Shown here one piece after another: positions 1 to 10,774 of a stretch of 64,000 nucleotides of DNA (positions within the stretch are counted from its first letter, which is position 1; the number at the start of each line of letters is the position of its first letter). Under the pieces are notes generated by a model. It did not search any database, had not been told where the DNA came from, and was given only the letters and a program-made list of their open reading frames with translations. A program made the translations under genes and the position numbers. The stretch is from Ostreococcus lucimarinus (lineage: Eukaryota), in NCBI GenBank assembly GCA_000092065.1, contig CP000586.1, one strand, 5' to 3'.

Positions 1-245
1 CCCTAAACCCTAAACCCTAAACCCTAAACCCTAAACCCTAAACCCTAAACCCTAAACCCTAAACCCTAAACCCTAAACCCTAAACCCTAAACCCTAAACC
101 CTAAACCCTAAACCCTAAACCCTAAACCCTAAACCCTAAACCCTAAACCCTAAACCCTAAACCCTAAACCCTAAACCCTAAACCCTAAACCCTAAACCCT
201 AAACCCTAAACCCTAAACCCTAAACCCTAAACCCTAAACCCTAAA
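1..245. repeat. Telomeric repeat array (CCCTAAA)n = TTTAGGG-type telomere, chromosome end
   Basis: Perfect tandem heptamer CCCTAAA runs from base 1 to about 245 (about 35 copies). Its reverse complement TTTAGGG is the plant/green-algal telomere unit. The C-rich strand reads 5'->3' from the window edge, as expected for a left chromosome end. Confidence 0.97.
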
Positions 246-467
246 GACGCCGAGGGCGATGGCGACGGCGACGATCGTCGCGATCGTCGCGAACACGCAG
301 CGTTTACCCATCGTGTACGTTCGCGCACGCGCGTCGTTTTCTGGCGACGCGGGCGCGTCATCTGCGAACGGGAGGGGGACGTGCGTATCCGTGTATCGGG
401 TTGTTTTTTGTTTTGGCCGGGATTATCTTCATACATAGCGATCGTGTACCCTAACTAAAAAGCCACA

Positions 468-2210
468 TCACTTGTTCACGAGATACCGCAAAAAGTATCG
501 ATCGCGCTGATTCCCAAGAGTCCACATGCTGTCGAAATATGAAGATCCGTAATCTTCCGGCACCCCACTTACGAACGGACGGTCGACGTGAGGGTGATCC
601 GGGATGAACAACGCGCGAGCCTTGTAAAGCTCGCGACACATGCGCATGGCGTAGGCAGAGTCGTCTGTGACGCAAATTAAGTGACCTCCCGGCTTGAGTA
701 CGCGATACACGTCTCGGATGAATTCTGCTTTAATAAGCACTTGCGAGCTCCCCACCCATTCTGGAGGGTCGGGGTAATTGACGTAGACTTCGCTCGCCGT
801 ATTCATAGGCATCCGTCTCGCGTCAAAAGCGTCACTCGCCATGCCACACACGAGCGCGAGATTTGCGTCCACGCCCGACCGAAGGGCTTTCATCCACGTC
901 ATTGCGACTCTGTTTCGACGCATTTCCACACCGATCCATTGGATTTTGGAATCTTGTTTCGCCTTGCGCGTGATCCAGTCACCGTGACCGCTACACACTT
1001 CGACGCGCACATCCGAATCGCCGGCGATGTTCGGCGGCCTTTCCGCCTCGTCTTCGCCAACTATTCGCACATTTGGCGCCCGATCAACTCCTTTCATGGC
1101 TTTATCGGCGATTTGTTTCCTTCTCGCGAGCGGTACGTCTCTCATGTACGCCTCGACTTCTTCAATTTCCCTAGACGCGTCTTGCGCTCGTAGCTGTAGG
1201 AACAATTGCACGCTCTTCGACGGCGCGTCTGGATCTTCGACGTCATCATCGTCGTATCGAGTCGTCGCGCCCGCTTTCGCCGCGGATTTTTCGGCGTCGA
1301 CGTCGAGCGTTGCTCGGGCGTCGCGACACGCGTTCGCCGCTACGTCTGCGTCGGGCATCATTAAACTAGAAGCTACCGCCAACGCCACGTACGACTGCGC
1401 GGTTACCACGATCCCTTCGCGCTGAGCGTCTCGGATGAAATCCAACGCCTGCTGCACCATGAGCTCACCGCATAGAGTTTTGATGTAATACTCACACACC
1501 GTCGCGTCCAGCGATGCATGGCGTTCGCGCATCATCTCCAGACATTTCGACGCATTCTTCACGTCGCCGTATCGCACGCAATTTCTCAGCAACGTCGCGT
1601 ACGTGCGCTGATTTGGTTCAACGCCGCAATCTATCATCTCACGTATCACTGATCGCGCCCGATCGATATGGCCATTCTGGGACTCTCCCTTGACGAGCAC
1701 GGTGTACGCTACCTCGTTCGCTTCGACGCCCGCGTCGCTCATCGCCTTCCAAATCGTTCTCATTTCCATAACCTCTCCCACGCGCGTGGCTGCGTTGAGC
1801 ATATTTGTGTAGGAATACACGTTCGGCGTCAGGCCAACGCGAGAGATGCGTTCAAACGCTTCCTTGGCGAATCCGTATTGCTTATCGTTCCCGAAATCCT
1901 TGAGCAGCCGATTGAAAAACTTTACATCCTTCACCTTCATCGCTCGCTTGAGCAACGTCTGCGCCTCTCGCGCCCGTTTGCGATTTTGCTTCACCGCGCG
2001 TTTCATGCCTTCATCGAGCGAGGCCAAGTACGAGGTAGATAGCCCGCCATCGGTGTCACCGTCGTCTCGAACAACTTTTTCGCTCGGCGCGTCAACGTCA
2101 TCGCGCGCGCGTTTGCGCGTCGCCGCCGCGGCGTTTCTTCGCGCGGCGCGATTCTGATTCTTCTTTTCGTACTTTTTCTTCTTCCGCGTCGCATTCGACG
2201 TCCGATCCAT
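468..2210 (-). CDS. PPR-repeat protein fused to a TrmB-like tRNA (guanine-N7) methyltransferase domain
   Basis: Track ORF 468..2384 begins at a TTG. The first ATG is at 2210 (MDRTSNATRKKKK...). The middle part has degenerate ~35-aa PPR-type repeats (LTPNVYSYTNMLNAATRVGEVMEMRTIWKAMSDAGVEANEVAYTVLVKG; HIDRARSVIREMIDCGVEPNQRTYATLLRNC). The C-terminal ~190 aa look like TrmB (VEVCSGHGDW, WIGVEMR, VNYPDPPEW in place of FPDPW, LKPGGHLICVTD). Stop TGA at 468-470. Confidence 0.75.
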   Translation of the reverse strand: MDRTSNATRKKKKYEKKNQNRAARRNAAAATRKRARDDVDAPSEKVVRDDGDTDGGLSTSYLASLDEGMKRAVKQNRKRAREAQTLLKRAMKVKDVKFFNRLLKDFGNDKQYGFAKEAFERISRVGLTPNVYSYTNMLNAATRVGEVMEMRTIWKAMSDAGVEANEVAYTVLVKGESQNGHIDRARSVIREMIDCGVEPNQRTYATLLRNCVRYGDVKNASKCLEMMRERHASLDATVCEYYIKTLCGELMVQQALDFIRDAQREGIVVTAQSYVALAVASSLMMPDADVAANACRDARATLDVDAEKSAAKAGATTRYDDDDVEDPDAPSKSVQLFLQLRAQDASREIEEVEAYMRDVPLARRKQIADKAMKGVDRAPNVRIVGEDEAERPPNIAGDSDVRVEVCSGHGDWITRKAKQDSKIQWIGVEMRRNRVAMTWMKALRSGVDANLALVCGMASDAFDARRMPMNTASEVYVNYPDPPEWVGSSQVLIKAEFIRDVYRVLKPGGHLICVTDDSAYAMRMCRELYKARALFIPDHPHVDRPFVSGVPEDYGSSYFDSMWTLGNQRDRYFLRYLVNK

Positions 2211-2240
2211 CCTTTTCGACACAGCTCGACGCGCGACGGA

Positions 2241-2882
2241 ATGGCGGCGACGTTGGCGGCGACGTTTACGCGACTGCACGCGCACGCGCGCGACGCGCAC
2301 GTCGCGCGCGCTGGCAAAGGCAAACGTAAGTCGCAGCGTCTCGGTACCGGTGGTGGCGTGCTGGACGCCGCGACGACGACGCAATCGACGAAGAACATCG
2401 CTGGTGCGGTGGGGCCGGTGTCTTGCGACGCCGACGCGATGACGGACACGGTTGAATTCTTTCTGTTCGCCCGTCGCAAGACGAGCGCCGGTGGAGACGA
2501 CGAGCGTTGGCTGCCGCTCGGCGACGTCGTGTTCGAGCGCTCGACGAACGTGGAGGACGTGGCACGCGAGCGCTATCGCATTCTCTGCGAGTACGCACGG
2601 AAGCGATACTTGCGATTGAATGTGGGCAAGGGTGGGTTAGAAATCGGTGCGCGCGTGCAAAAGGGCGTAGCTAAACATCCAGACGCGCGAGACGCGACGG
2701 AGATCGTTTACGTAGCTTGCGAAGAGACGGCATTGACATGGGACGCGACGGCGGCGGCGGATGCGACGAAAAGATTTGGATCGTTTCCAGCGATGTTGCG
2801 TTTATTAAATAACGCAGAGCCGCTGACGGCTGCGGTAAAGAATAGAATGCTCAAAGCCTCGGCACAGTTCGCGGCGGAATGA
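2241..2882 (+). CDS. Hypothetical protein, possibly organelle-targeted (family not recognised)
   Basis: ATG at 2241, 213 codons. The Ala/Arg/Thr-rich N-terminus resembles a presequence. An alternative ATG lies at 2439 (MTDTVEFFLFARRK...). The core VEFFLFARRK...RWLPLGDVVFE looks conserved, but I cannot name the family with confidence. ATG 2241 is only 30 nt from the divergent ATG at 2210, so 2439 may be the true start. Confidence 0.55.
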   Translation: MAATLAATFTRLHAHARDAHVARAGKGKRKSQRLGTGGGVLDAATTTQSTKNIAGAVGPVSCDADAMTDTVEFFLFARRKTSAGGDDERWLPLGDVVFERSTNVEDVARERYRILCEYARKRYLRLNVGKGGLEIGARVQKGVAKHPDARDATEIVYVACEETALTWDATAAADATKRFGSFPAMLRLLNNAEPLTAAVKNRMLKASAQFAAE

Positions 2883-2945
2883 AATCGTACGTGCCAGTCG
2901 CACGCTGTAATACCAGTTCAGAAATATCAATGATCAACCCATCGC

Positions 2946-5258
2946 TCAGGCAAACTCCATAAGAGCTGCGGCGAGATGCGTGAGCTCCTGACCGTACGCG
3001 ACGCGAATCAGTCGCCCGACGACATCTCTTGAATATTCACCCGCCAAGGCGTGTCCTACCGCGAGCAAGAATATTCGCTCGCTCGATCTGATGGGTCTGA
3101 GGCCGAAATGTCGATTGAGCTCCGTCACCATCTCCACGTGTGAGCTGGCGATTATCGGGAAGACCTGAGACGTGCCATTCGTCTCGTTCGAAGCCTGAAA
3201 CACAAAGTGACCTTGCTCTTTTAATTGCCGAGACGCAGTACTGAGCACGGAAATCGTGACTTCGTATGTCTCGAAGTCGTCGGATCGCTCGGAGACCGCG
3301 TGCAAATCGGCGTCGTTCAAGTTCGTAATCAATTCGACGTCGATCATTTTGCGCGCCTCTCTTCGCGGGCGCGTCGCAGCCTGAAGGCGTTTCATGGGTC
3401 TACCACCCATGGCTGGACGCGTCGATCCGCTACCGACGCGCACTGTCATGTCTGATTCATTCAACCTTCTACCGATGAACGTAATGGCGCGTGCGCTCCC
3501 CACCGCGACGGCTACGGCGCTGGAGCCGACGATGCAAGGTGCGACTGCTTGAGTGCTTTGCGTCCCTACGTGCATGAATTTCAATGGACCTTGCACTCGA
3601 GCGAACGTATCTCGTTGATTCCGAGTAAAGACGTCGACTTGAGTAACGCACTCATTGGAGCTAGTCGACTGCAGTTTTTTCAAAAACATCGCGAACTCGC
3701 CGTTCGGTGTGTTAATGAGCTCGATACCTCGCAACCAAACCTCTTGCGCAGAAAAGTCGACGTCAACCGACTTGGACGGCGATGCGTTCACTTCATCGGT
3801 AAAAAGCTCCGCAAATTCGGTGAGTTGACGTTTCATAGACTCTTTCTGTCTGTTGGTTTGCTTAGGCTTGAACGCGACTCGCACGCCGTCCATGTGAGCT
3901 CTCATCTCTTGAACGCTCATGTGCAGCTCTTTGGAGATGTGTGCGACTTCTTGAACGCTTATGCCAAGCGTCGACGAACTTCGCATCTTAAATTCCGACA
4001 AGTCGCTCTTTTGGGTGTCTTTGCCGAGCAAATATTTATCCGTCGCACGACGCCAAGCTTTGAAGAGTAAACCGCGGCGCACCGCGAACGCGTCCAAACC
4101 CGTTGCTACCAAACTCAGGCTCAGTCTACCGCGTAAGTAAGCAGTAACACGCGACATCGCATTCAAGTGATACCGGAGCGCGAGCGGCGCGAGCGTCGCG
4201 ACAACCCATCCTTTGACGCTAAAGTGCATACGTATGCCGCGATATATCGGAGCGATGTTGTCCAGCCCGACATAAAACGTGGGATACAAGATAAAATTCA
4301 GGACACAGCACGCGAGCGCGGCTTTAAACCTTTCCATGGCGCTGATGAGCGCCATAGCCACGAGCGGTGGCGCGACGAGTAACGTCACAATTTGAGCCGG
4401 GTCAAAGCTGTGCCCAGAGTATTTATAACCGACGATGTTCAACGTAACCGCGGGATGACGCATCACCGACTTGACGACGTGTCGTATGAGAATACCAGCG
4501 TCTTCAAAGTCGTGCATTGGTCGACCGTGCACGTCTATACGGAAGAAACCAATCAAAATGACGTAATCGATAATGGTGGCGAGTGGCAAGTATCGCGTGT
4601 ACAGCCCCTTCAGGAACAACGATGGATCTTGAGTATCGTTGAGTGTTACGTGCGCCACTCCCTGCACGCGCACGCCTCTACACATAAGATAATTTTCGAG
4701 CGTTAACGCCACCATGAAGTAAATCCACATGTAAAACCGGCGCACGTTCAAACCGTGTCCTGGAGACATCCCTAACACGTACCACAAAATCGCGCTGGAG
4801 ACGCGTCGCACCGCGCGCTCGAAGAGGCCCGCCTTTTCGCCGCGCGGCGCTCGGTTTCGTCTTCGATTATCGCGCTCTAAATATTGCAGCACGGCAGCCG
4901 GTTTTATGAACCGTCGCGCCTCGCCCGTCGCGTCTTCCTCCGTCGATCCTCCGTCGTTCGACGACGCGTCCCCTCTTTCCTTTTGTACCCGTTCGCGTTC
5001 GCGTCGTCTGCGCGTCGTCGCGCTCCCATCTCGTTTCTTCTTCGTAGCCTTCGTCGACGACCGCGGCGACGGTGACCGCGACTTAAGCGACGTCGACGCT
5101 CGCGTCGTTCGTCTTGTCCGCATCACTCGCGCATCGTCCGTACCGTCGTCGATAACGTCACCGACGACGTTTACGCAGTCCACGTCGTCCAAGTCCGCGC
5201 CCGCCTCGCGCGGCGCCGTCCCGCGCCTGGTGCGCGACCTCGACCGCGTCGCAGGCAT
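2946..5258 (-). CDS. Multi-pass membrane protein with large C-terminal soluble domain, unknown family
   Basis: Track ORF 2946..6014 runs antisense through the MDH gene at its 5' end. The first plausible ATG outside MDH is at 5258 ([10 protein letters not shown]...). It encodes a basic low-complexity N-terminus, then about 6 hydrophobic helices ([91 protein letters not shown]), then ~400 aa of mixed-composition soluble sequence. No family motif recognised. Confidence 0.6.
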   Translation of the reverse strand: MPATRSRSRTRRGTAPREAGADLDDVDCVNVVGDVIDDGTDDARVMRTRRTTRASTSLKSRSPSPRSSTKATKKKRDGSATTRRRRERERVQKERGDASSNDGGSTEEDATGEARRFIKPAAVLQYLERDNRRRNRAPRGEKAGLFERAVRRVSSAILWYVLGMSPGHGLNVRRFYMWIYFMVALTLENYLMCRGVRVQGVAHVTLNDTQDPSLFLKGLYTRYLPLATIIDYVILIGFFRIDVHGRPMHDFEDAGILIRHVVKSVMRHPAVTLNIVGYKYSGHSFDPAQIVTLLVAPPLVAMALISAMERFKAALACCVLNFILYPTFYVGLDNIAPIYRGIRMHFSVKGWVVATLAPLALRYHLNAMSRVTAYLRGRLSLSLVATGLDAFAVRRGLLFKAWRRATDKYLLGKDTQKSDLSEFKMRSSSTLGISVQEVAHISKELHMSVQEMRAHMDGVRVAFKPKQTNRQKESMKRQLTEFAELFTDEVNASPSKSVDVDFSAQEVWLRGIELINTPNGEFAMFLKKLQSTSSNECVTQVDVFTRNQRDTFARVQGPLKFMHVGTQSTQAVAPCIVGSSAVAVAVGSARAITFIGRRLNESDMTVRVGSGSTRPAMGGRPMKRLQAATRPRREARKMIDVELITNLNDADLHAVSERSDDFETYEVTISVLSTASRQLKEQGHFVFQASNETNGTSQVFPIIASSHVEMVTELNRHFGLRPIRSSERIFLLAVGHALAGEYSRDVVGRLIRVAYGQELTHLAAALMEFA

Positions 5259-5408
5259 CCCGTCTCGCGCTCGACGTCGAGAGGTTTCGCGCGTCGCGCG
5301 CGCGCGTTTGACGGACGCTGCCGCGATCGACGACGCGGATCCGTCCCGTGGCGCACGTCGCGTTCGCGTGGTCACTTCGACGCGTTCGAAGCGCGCGCGA
5401 CCGCGACG

Positions 5409-6416
5409 ATGCCCGCGTCCACGGTCGATGACGTCGTCACCGTTCTCATCACCGGCGCGGCGGGGCAAATCGGGTACGCGCTCGCCCCGATGGTGTGCGC
5501 GGGCGCGGCGACGGGGCCTGGGAAGAAGATTGCGTTGAAACTGTTGGACGTCGAGTTCGCGAGCGAAGCGCTGCGAGGGGTGAAGATGGAGATCATGGAT
5601 TGCGCCTTCGACGCGTGCGTCTCGGTGGACGTGTTCACGGATTGCGAAAAGGCGTGCGAAGGCGTTGACGTGGCGATCATGGTTGGCGGGTTTCCGCGCA
5701 AGCAAGGCATGGAACGCAAGGACGTGCTGGGGAAAAATGTGGCGATTTACAAACAGCAAGCGAGCGCGTTGGCGAGCAAGGCGAAGAAAGATGTGAAGAT
5801 TGTCGTTGTCGCCAATCCCGCGAACACGAACGCGAAAATTTTGGCGAAATTCGCGCCGTCGATTCCCAGAGGCAACGTCACGTGCATGACGCGGCTCGAT
5901 CACAACAGAGCGCTCGCGCAGTTGGGTGAAAGAAGCGGTAAAGCGACGATAGAGGTGAAGAATGCGATCATTTGGGGGAACCATTCGTCGACGCAGTACC
6001 CGGACGTGAATCACGCCACGATCGAGGGTAAGCCCGCGCGGGAGGTGATTGGAAATGACGCCTACCTCGACGGCGATTTCGTAGACGTCGTGCGCGCGCG
6101 AGGCGCGGCAATCATCGAGGCGAGAAAGTTGTCATCAGCGCTCAGCGCGGCGAGCTCGGTGTGTGACCACGTGTACGATTGGATTCACGGCACAAAAGAA
6201 GGTGAATGGACTTCAATGGGAGTCATCTCTGACGGGTCGTACGGCGTCCCAGAGGGGCTGGTGTACTCTTTCCCGGTGACGTGCACGGGTGGCAAATGGC
6301 AAATTGTGCAAGGGTTGAGCATCGACGAGCGCTCGCGGAAACTCATGGACGAGTCCGCGAAGGAGCTTACGGAGGAGTTTGAGTTGGCGGAGCAATGTTT
6401 GGCAGAATCTGCGTAG
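5409..6416 (+). CDS. MDH: NAD-dependent malate dehydrogenase, cytosolic (MDH1) type
   Basis: ATG at 5409, 335 aa. It has the Rossmann motif [20 protein letters not shown], the catalytic-loop TRLDHNRA, and [12 protein letters not shown]. These are hallmarks of cytosolic-type MDH. Confidence 0.93.
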   Translation: MPASTVDDVVTVLITGAAGQIGYALAPMVCAGAATGPGKKIALKLLDVEFASEALRGVKMEIMDCAFDACVSVDVFTDCEKACEGVDVAIMVGGFPRKQGMERKDVLGKNVAIYKQQASALASKAKKDVKIVVVANPANTNAKILAKFAPSIPRGNVTCMTRLDHNRALAQLGERSGKATIEVKNAIIWGNHSSTQYPDVNHATIEGKPAREVIGNDAYLDGDFVDVVRARGAAIIEARKLSSALSAASSVCDHVYDWIHGTKEGEWTSMGVISDGSYGVPEGLVYSFPVTCTGGKWQIVQGLSIDERSRKLMDESAKELTEEFELAEQCLAESA

Positions 6417-6593
6417 CGTCGATCCCGAATGTAATCGTCAATCGTTGTCGCTAAAAGACTTGTGCGCAGTGGGATTCCGCTTCGACGGTTCTAGTTACAA
6501 TGCATCAACGCGAAGGAGTCAGGGGTTATATTCTATAGTTGGGGTTTACGTGACGTCGTTAAGCAGCGCCAATCACGGTTCAACAGTTGTTAT

Positions 6594-7100
6594 TCACGCG
6601 AACGACTCGGCTGGCTTGCCGTCTCCGACGGCCTCTGCGAGCGTAGTCGCCGCCTCAAAGGTCTCCTTCTGTTGTTTCGCGCTCGCTCTTCGCTTGAGTT
6701 TGTTCTGCGCCTCCGTAGAACGTTGCTTTTCTGTCATCTGCAATCGCCTATTTCGACTGCGCAGGCGCTCCTTCTCTCGCTGCTCTTTCGTTTGGTGGCG
6801 TCGGCGTCGCGCGCTTCTCAACCGTTCTCGCTCCTTCCGCGCCACCTCTCGCGCCATCGCCGCGCGTTTCTCCGCGCTCGTCGCGTCGAGCGCGCTCGTC
6901 TTCACCGCGCGCTCTTCGGACGAGCGAAGCTTCTTCTCCAACTCAACCACCATCGCTTGAAGCGTCAGCGCGGGCGGTGAATTCGCCCCCGACCGTTCTC
7001 CGTGGCCGTCGTCGTCGGGGGACAAGAAGACGTCCTCGAACGCGGGCGCGGCGGAACCTCTCTTCGTCGGCGATCGCTCCGACCTCTTTCGCGCGCCCAT
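6594..7100 (-). CDS. Hypothetical basic coiled-coil protein
   Basis: The track ORF starts at a GTG (7247). The first ATG is at 7100 (MGARKRSERSPTKRG...). The C-terminal half is Lys/Arg/Glu-rich (EKRAAMAREVARKERERLRSARRRRHQTKEQREKERLRSRNRRLQ). The opposite-strand ORFs look like low-complexity artefacts. No family recognised. Confidence 0.4.
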   Translation of the reverse strand: MGARKRSERSPTKRGSAAPAFEDVFLSPDDDGHGERSGANSPPALTLQAMVVELEKKLRSSEERAVKTSALDATSAEKRAAMAREVARKERERLRSARRRRHQTKEQREKERLRSRNRRLQMTEKQRSTEAQNKLKRRASAKQQKETFEAATTLAEAVGDGKPAESFA

Positions 7101-7405
7101 GTCGAGGGGGCGACGTCGCGGCGCTTCTCTCGCCGGCGTCGATGTGTCGTCTCGGTCGGTCGGTCGCCAAAGGACGGGCGCGCGTGACGCGGCGAATGCG
7201 CGATCGTGGGGCTGGGCGGGCGCGCGGCGAGCGGGGCGCGCGCGCACGGCTGCGGTGGTCGAGCGGCTCGTGTACCGGTTTTAGAAGAGTGTAACGTCCC
7301 ATTATTATATCATCGTATCATCATCGACGCTTGGTTCGTCGTCGACGGCGAGGAAGCGCCGGCGCGCGCGCGCTGGAATTGCCAAAATTCTCGCGATTCT
7401 CCAAT

Positions 7406-7693
7406 CTACTTCTTGTACTTGGCCATGGCCGCTTCGTAGCGCTTCTTGTCCTTGGCCGCTTCCGCTTCGTACTTGGACTTGTCCGTCGTCTTCGCCCACT
7501 GCGCACCGAGCGCCTTGGCGACGTCCGTGACACCGAACGACGGATTCTTCTTCAAAATCGCCGCGCGTTGATCCTTGGCGAAGAACATGTACGCCGAAAG
7601 CGGGCGCTTCGGGGCGTTCGGGTCTTTCACCTTCTTCGCCTTGACGGCGGTCTTCTTGGTCTTGGTGGTCTTCTTGGCGGCGATCTTAGCCAT
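7406..7693 (-). CDS. HMG-box chromatin protein (HMGB/NHP6-like)
   Basis: ATG at 7693, 95 aa. A Lys-rich N-terminus precedes a single HMG box: DPNAPKRPLSAYMFFAKDQRAAILKKNP...AKALGAQWAKTTDKSKYEAEAAKDKKRYEAAMAKY. Confidence 0.92.
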   Translation of the reverse strand: MAKIAAKKTTKTKKTAVKAKKVKDPNAPKRPLSAYMFFAKDQRAAILKKNPSFGVTDVAKALGAQWAKTTDKSKYEAEAAKDKKRYEAAMAKYKK

Positions 7694-7901
7694 GGTGGAT
7701 GTTACGGTCGTGAGTCGGACGCGTCGCGGTGTGGCGCGCCCGTCGCGCGCGCGCGGCGATTATTCTCTCCGCGTCACCGCGCGACGCGTTTTCGCGGGCG
7801 CGTTCGCTTTCTTTGGGTGTTCTTCATAGGTTAAATCCGTCTAGTATATACATTTTGTGCGCGCATAAATTTTATGCGCTGGCACTTTTTCGAAGATTTG
7901 C

Positions 7902-9743
7902 CTACCGCTTCTGGTGTCGCACGTTTTTCATGACCGCGTACGCCATGGCGATCCAAAACAGCCAAATTCCGAACACGGCTAAGATATTCGTGCCGAGCGA
8001 ATGCGAGACACCGTAAAAATCTGACACACCGACGGCGGTGCCGGAGTCGTCCACAAACACTTTCGGCTCTGAGTTGCGAAAATGATTTCTCATTTGCGCC
8101 ATCCAGCCGTATCGGACGAAGAGCGTGTGGCGATACCACGCCCATCCCTTCGGCATGCTCTGAACGCGAATGATGATACCGCTAAAAAGAAGTTGTACTA
8201 CGTTGTAAATTGGCAACAGCGTGTTCGCGCTGTCCATGTCGGGCGCCGCGGCGGCGCACACGTACGCCAAAGCGATGCCGCACAGCATGACGCCGTAGTT
8301 TATGATCCAAAAGTAGAAGTAACTTCCTTGAATTCCGCATCCAAGATACAGCATCATTTGCGCGATGAGCGACACTGGAATCGCCAACACGCCTTCTTCG
8401 ATTATTTTGTACGCGATGTAACTCGACAAGGGGTACACGCCGTCGTCTACCTCTCGATAGAACATCGCCCTCTCCATAACGACACTCGGCATGTAACCGG
8501 AAGCTTGAAAACTAGGCAAAATGTTCAGCATCGAAAGCAAACTTGCGACGTTTAACTGAGTCGATTGGTCTTGTGCCGCGCCGGTTGGTTCGCCAATTTT
8601 CCAGAACAACGACATCATAACGAATCCAAACAAAAAGTTGCCTGCGGAACGCGCGGCGACAAAATCGGGCGTTTTGTAATTGTATCGCGTTCGATATTTG
8701 ATGAGAGTCGCGACTTTCGACATCGCACCACGCGTGATTTTGGGTTGAGGCGGCGCCGGTAGTTGTTGTTTCGACATCATCGACTTGACGCGCGACGCGT
8801 TCGCTGCGCCGGCGGCACTTTTGGCGAACGCGCCGACGAAATCGACGTCGTCGCTCGCCACGGTGCCGACGAAAAAGTCCGCCATGCTATACGACGCATC
8901 GTAATCGTAGCCCAATCCACGGAAGTACGGCGTGACAGAATCGAGCGCTCCAGCAAACGCAACGCGCCCTTTCTTCAACATCAGCAATGAATCGAATAGC
9001 CGAAACGCCTCCGAAGTTGGAGAGTGAATGGTGGCGACGACGCAAACGCCGGAACAGGCCAAGTGCTTCAGAATTTGCACAATATCAAGCGAAGTCGCGC
9101 TGTCCAATCCACTCGTCGGTTCATCGAGGAAAAGGACGTCCGGATCCGTGACCAGCGCGAGTGCCAAGTTCGTGCGTTTCGCTTGCCCACCCGAGATGCC
9201 GCGCTTGAGCGCGTCTCCGACGATGACTTCAGAGCATTCACCCAAGTTTAAATCTTCGATGATCGCCGGCACTCGAGCCAAAATTTCCACGCGTTCTTCT
9301 TCGTTTCGTGCTCTCAATTCAGCCCAATAGTTGAGCGTCTCTTTGACCGTCAGCATTGCCAGCAGAGTGTCCCTCTGCTCGACGTACGCCGCGCACTGCC
9401 GAAACATCGCCTTTGACGCCCGTCTGCCGCCGTAGTAGACGCCGCCCCCACTCACCTCTCCCGACGTCACTCGATCGGTGATGACGTCCAGCAGCGTCGT
9501 CTTCCCAGCTCCCGACGCTCCCATCAACGCGTGCACCTTGCCGTGTTCGAACGACGCCGTGACGTTTGACAATAGGGCGAGCGGTTCCGACGACGCCTTT
9601 GCATTCGTCACCGTGTACGAAACATCGTCGACGACGACGTCGAGCGCGTGGCGCGCTTTGTTCGTGCTCAGCGAACCCACTGAAGGCACGCGTTTCATGT
9701 CCGGGACGTCGACCGCCGTCGAGGGCGTGCGCTTGAACGACAT
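7902..9743 (-). CDS. ABC transporter, G-subfamily half-transporter (NBD-TMD)
   Basis: ATG at 9743, 613 aa. It has Walker A GASGAGKTTLL, the signature ISGGQAKRTNLA and Walker B VLFLDEPTSGLD. An ABC2-type six-helix membrane domain follows. The NBD-before-TMD order is typical of ABCG/WBC. Confidence 0.9.
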   Translation of the reverse strand: MSFKRTPSTAVDVPDMKRVPSVGSLSTNKARHALDVVVDDVSYTVTNAKASSEPLALLSNVTASFEHGKVHALMGASGAGKTTLLDVITDRVTSGEVSGGGVYYGGRRASKAMFRQCAAYVEQRDTLLAMLTVKETLNYWAELRARNEEERVEILARVPAIIEDLNLGECSEVIVGDALKRGISGGQAKRTNLALALVTDPDVLFLDEPTSGLDSATSLDIVQILKHLACSGVCVVATIHSPTSEAFRLFDSLLMLKKGRVAFAGALDSVTPYFRGLGYDYDASYSMADFFVGTVASDDVDFVGAFAKSAAGAANASRVKSMMSKQQLPAPPQPKITRGAMSKVATLIKYRTRYNYKTPDFVAARSAGNFLFGFVMMSLFWKIGEPTGAAQDQSTQLNVASLLSMLNILPSFQASGYMPSVVMERAMFYREVDDGVYPLSSYIAYKIIEEGVLAIPVSLIAQMMLYLGCGIQGSYFYFWIINYGVMLCGIALAYVCAAAAPDMDSANTLLPIYNVVQLLFSGIIIRVQSMPKGWAWYRHTLFVRYGWMAQMRNHFRNSEPKVFVDDSGTAVGVSDFYGVSHSLGTNILAVFGIWLFWIAMAYAVMKNVRHQKR

Positions 9744-10013
9744 CAGGCGACTGAGACCAAGCGTCGAAGTGTCGACACGGGTGACCTAGCGCGCAGAGCT
9801 TCGCAGAGCTGCGGCTTCGCGACGAAAACCGTCGTAGCGTCGAACATCCGCTCGGATGATCGCATTCGGGCGTGCCGATGCATTAAGAAAACTATCGCTA
9901 CTTTAAGTCGTGTCGCTCGTCTATATCGGGGAGCGTTCACGCGCTGGCTGGGCTATGTGAATTTGAGGTTTTGTTCCGACGTCTCCGCGTCTTGGCTCAG
10001 TCGTCTTCTTCGT

Positions 10014-10640
10014 CTAGTCTTTTTCTTCCCACCAAGAGCACAAACCTAAACCGTCTTCGTTGATATCCGCGATGACGAGCATGGGTGCGAACGCGGCGTC
10101 GCCTCCATCTCGCGGCGCGGCGCCGCTCTCCCGGGTGAGACTCGCCAGTTCCTCCGCCGTCTTTGGCGATTCGGGAAAGCGCACGGCGACGACTTTAAAG
10201 CGAAACCGCTCGCCCACCTTCATCTCCATCAATTCGCCATCGTAGTCCCACATCCAGACCTTGGAGTCATCGTCGTACTCACTCGGCGCCTGCATGTTCG
10301 TCGGGGGCACGAATATATCTTTGAAGAACCCAATCGACACGTGCGCCCCGTGCGCGTCGGCGCTCAGCAACGTTCCCTCGATCACCTCTCCCGCGAACGG
10401 CTTGAAGAGCACCACTTTGAACGTCACCTCGAAGCACACGCACCCTTCGCCCGCCAACACGGTCCCTCCAGAGATATTTGTGATGGAATACAGCGTCACG
10501 CACAACCCCCCGCACTCTGCGAGCACCTTATCGACGTACAACGACTCCAACTCTTGCGTCACCGCCTCGAGCGTGCTCTTGCCCAAGTTCACCGGCGCGA
10601 TTTTCACCGCGCCGTCGCTCAGGGCGACGATCTGAAACAT
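10014..10640 (-). CDS. RPC25: RNA polymerase III subunit RPC25/RPC8 (Rpb7-like)
   Basis: ATG at 10640, 208 aa. The Rpb7-type N-terminal domain is MFQIVALSDGAVKIAPVNL...GLCVTLYSI...FKVVLFKPFAGEVIEG. The S1-like part is GAHVSIGFFKDIFVP...KVWMWDY...ERFRFKVV. The C-terminal GLGLCSWW is characteristic of the Pol III paralogue. Confidence 0.85.
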   Translation of the reverse strand: MFQIVALSDGAVKIAPVNLGKSTLEAVTQELESLYVDKVLAECGGLCVTLYSITNISGGTVLAGEGCVCFEVTFKVVLFKPFAGEVIEGTLLSADAHGAHVSIGFFKDIFVPPTNMQAPSEYDDDSKVWMWDYDGELMEMKVGERFRFKVVAVRFPESPKTAEELASLTRESGAAPRDGGDAAFAPMLVIADINEDGLGLCSWWEEKD

Positions 10641-10774
10641 CGCGGTTGCTCGCGTTCGTTCGCGGCGGCCTTTGAATCACCTCGTCCTCCCCGAGCGCGC
10701 CGATCGGTCCGCACCGCGCCGCACCGCGGGCGCGCCGTCCGTCGGTTCGGCACGCCGCCGCCTCGCGTTCGTCC

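Noticed and set aside
5259-6014. The N-terminal 252 codons of track ORF 2946..6014 (minus strand)
   Set aside because: They run exactly antisense through the well-supported MDH gene. They start at a GTG and are His/Arg-rich mirror sequence. The membrane-protein gene is better started at ATG 5258.
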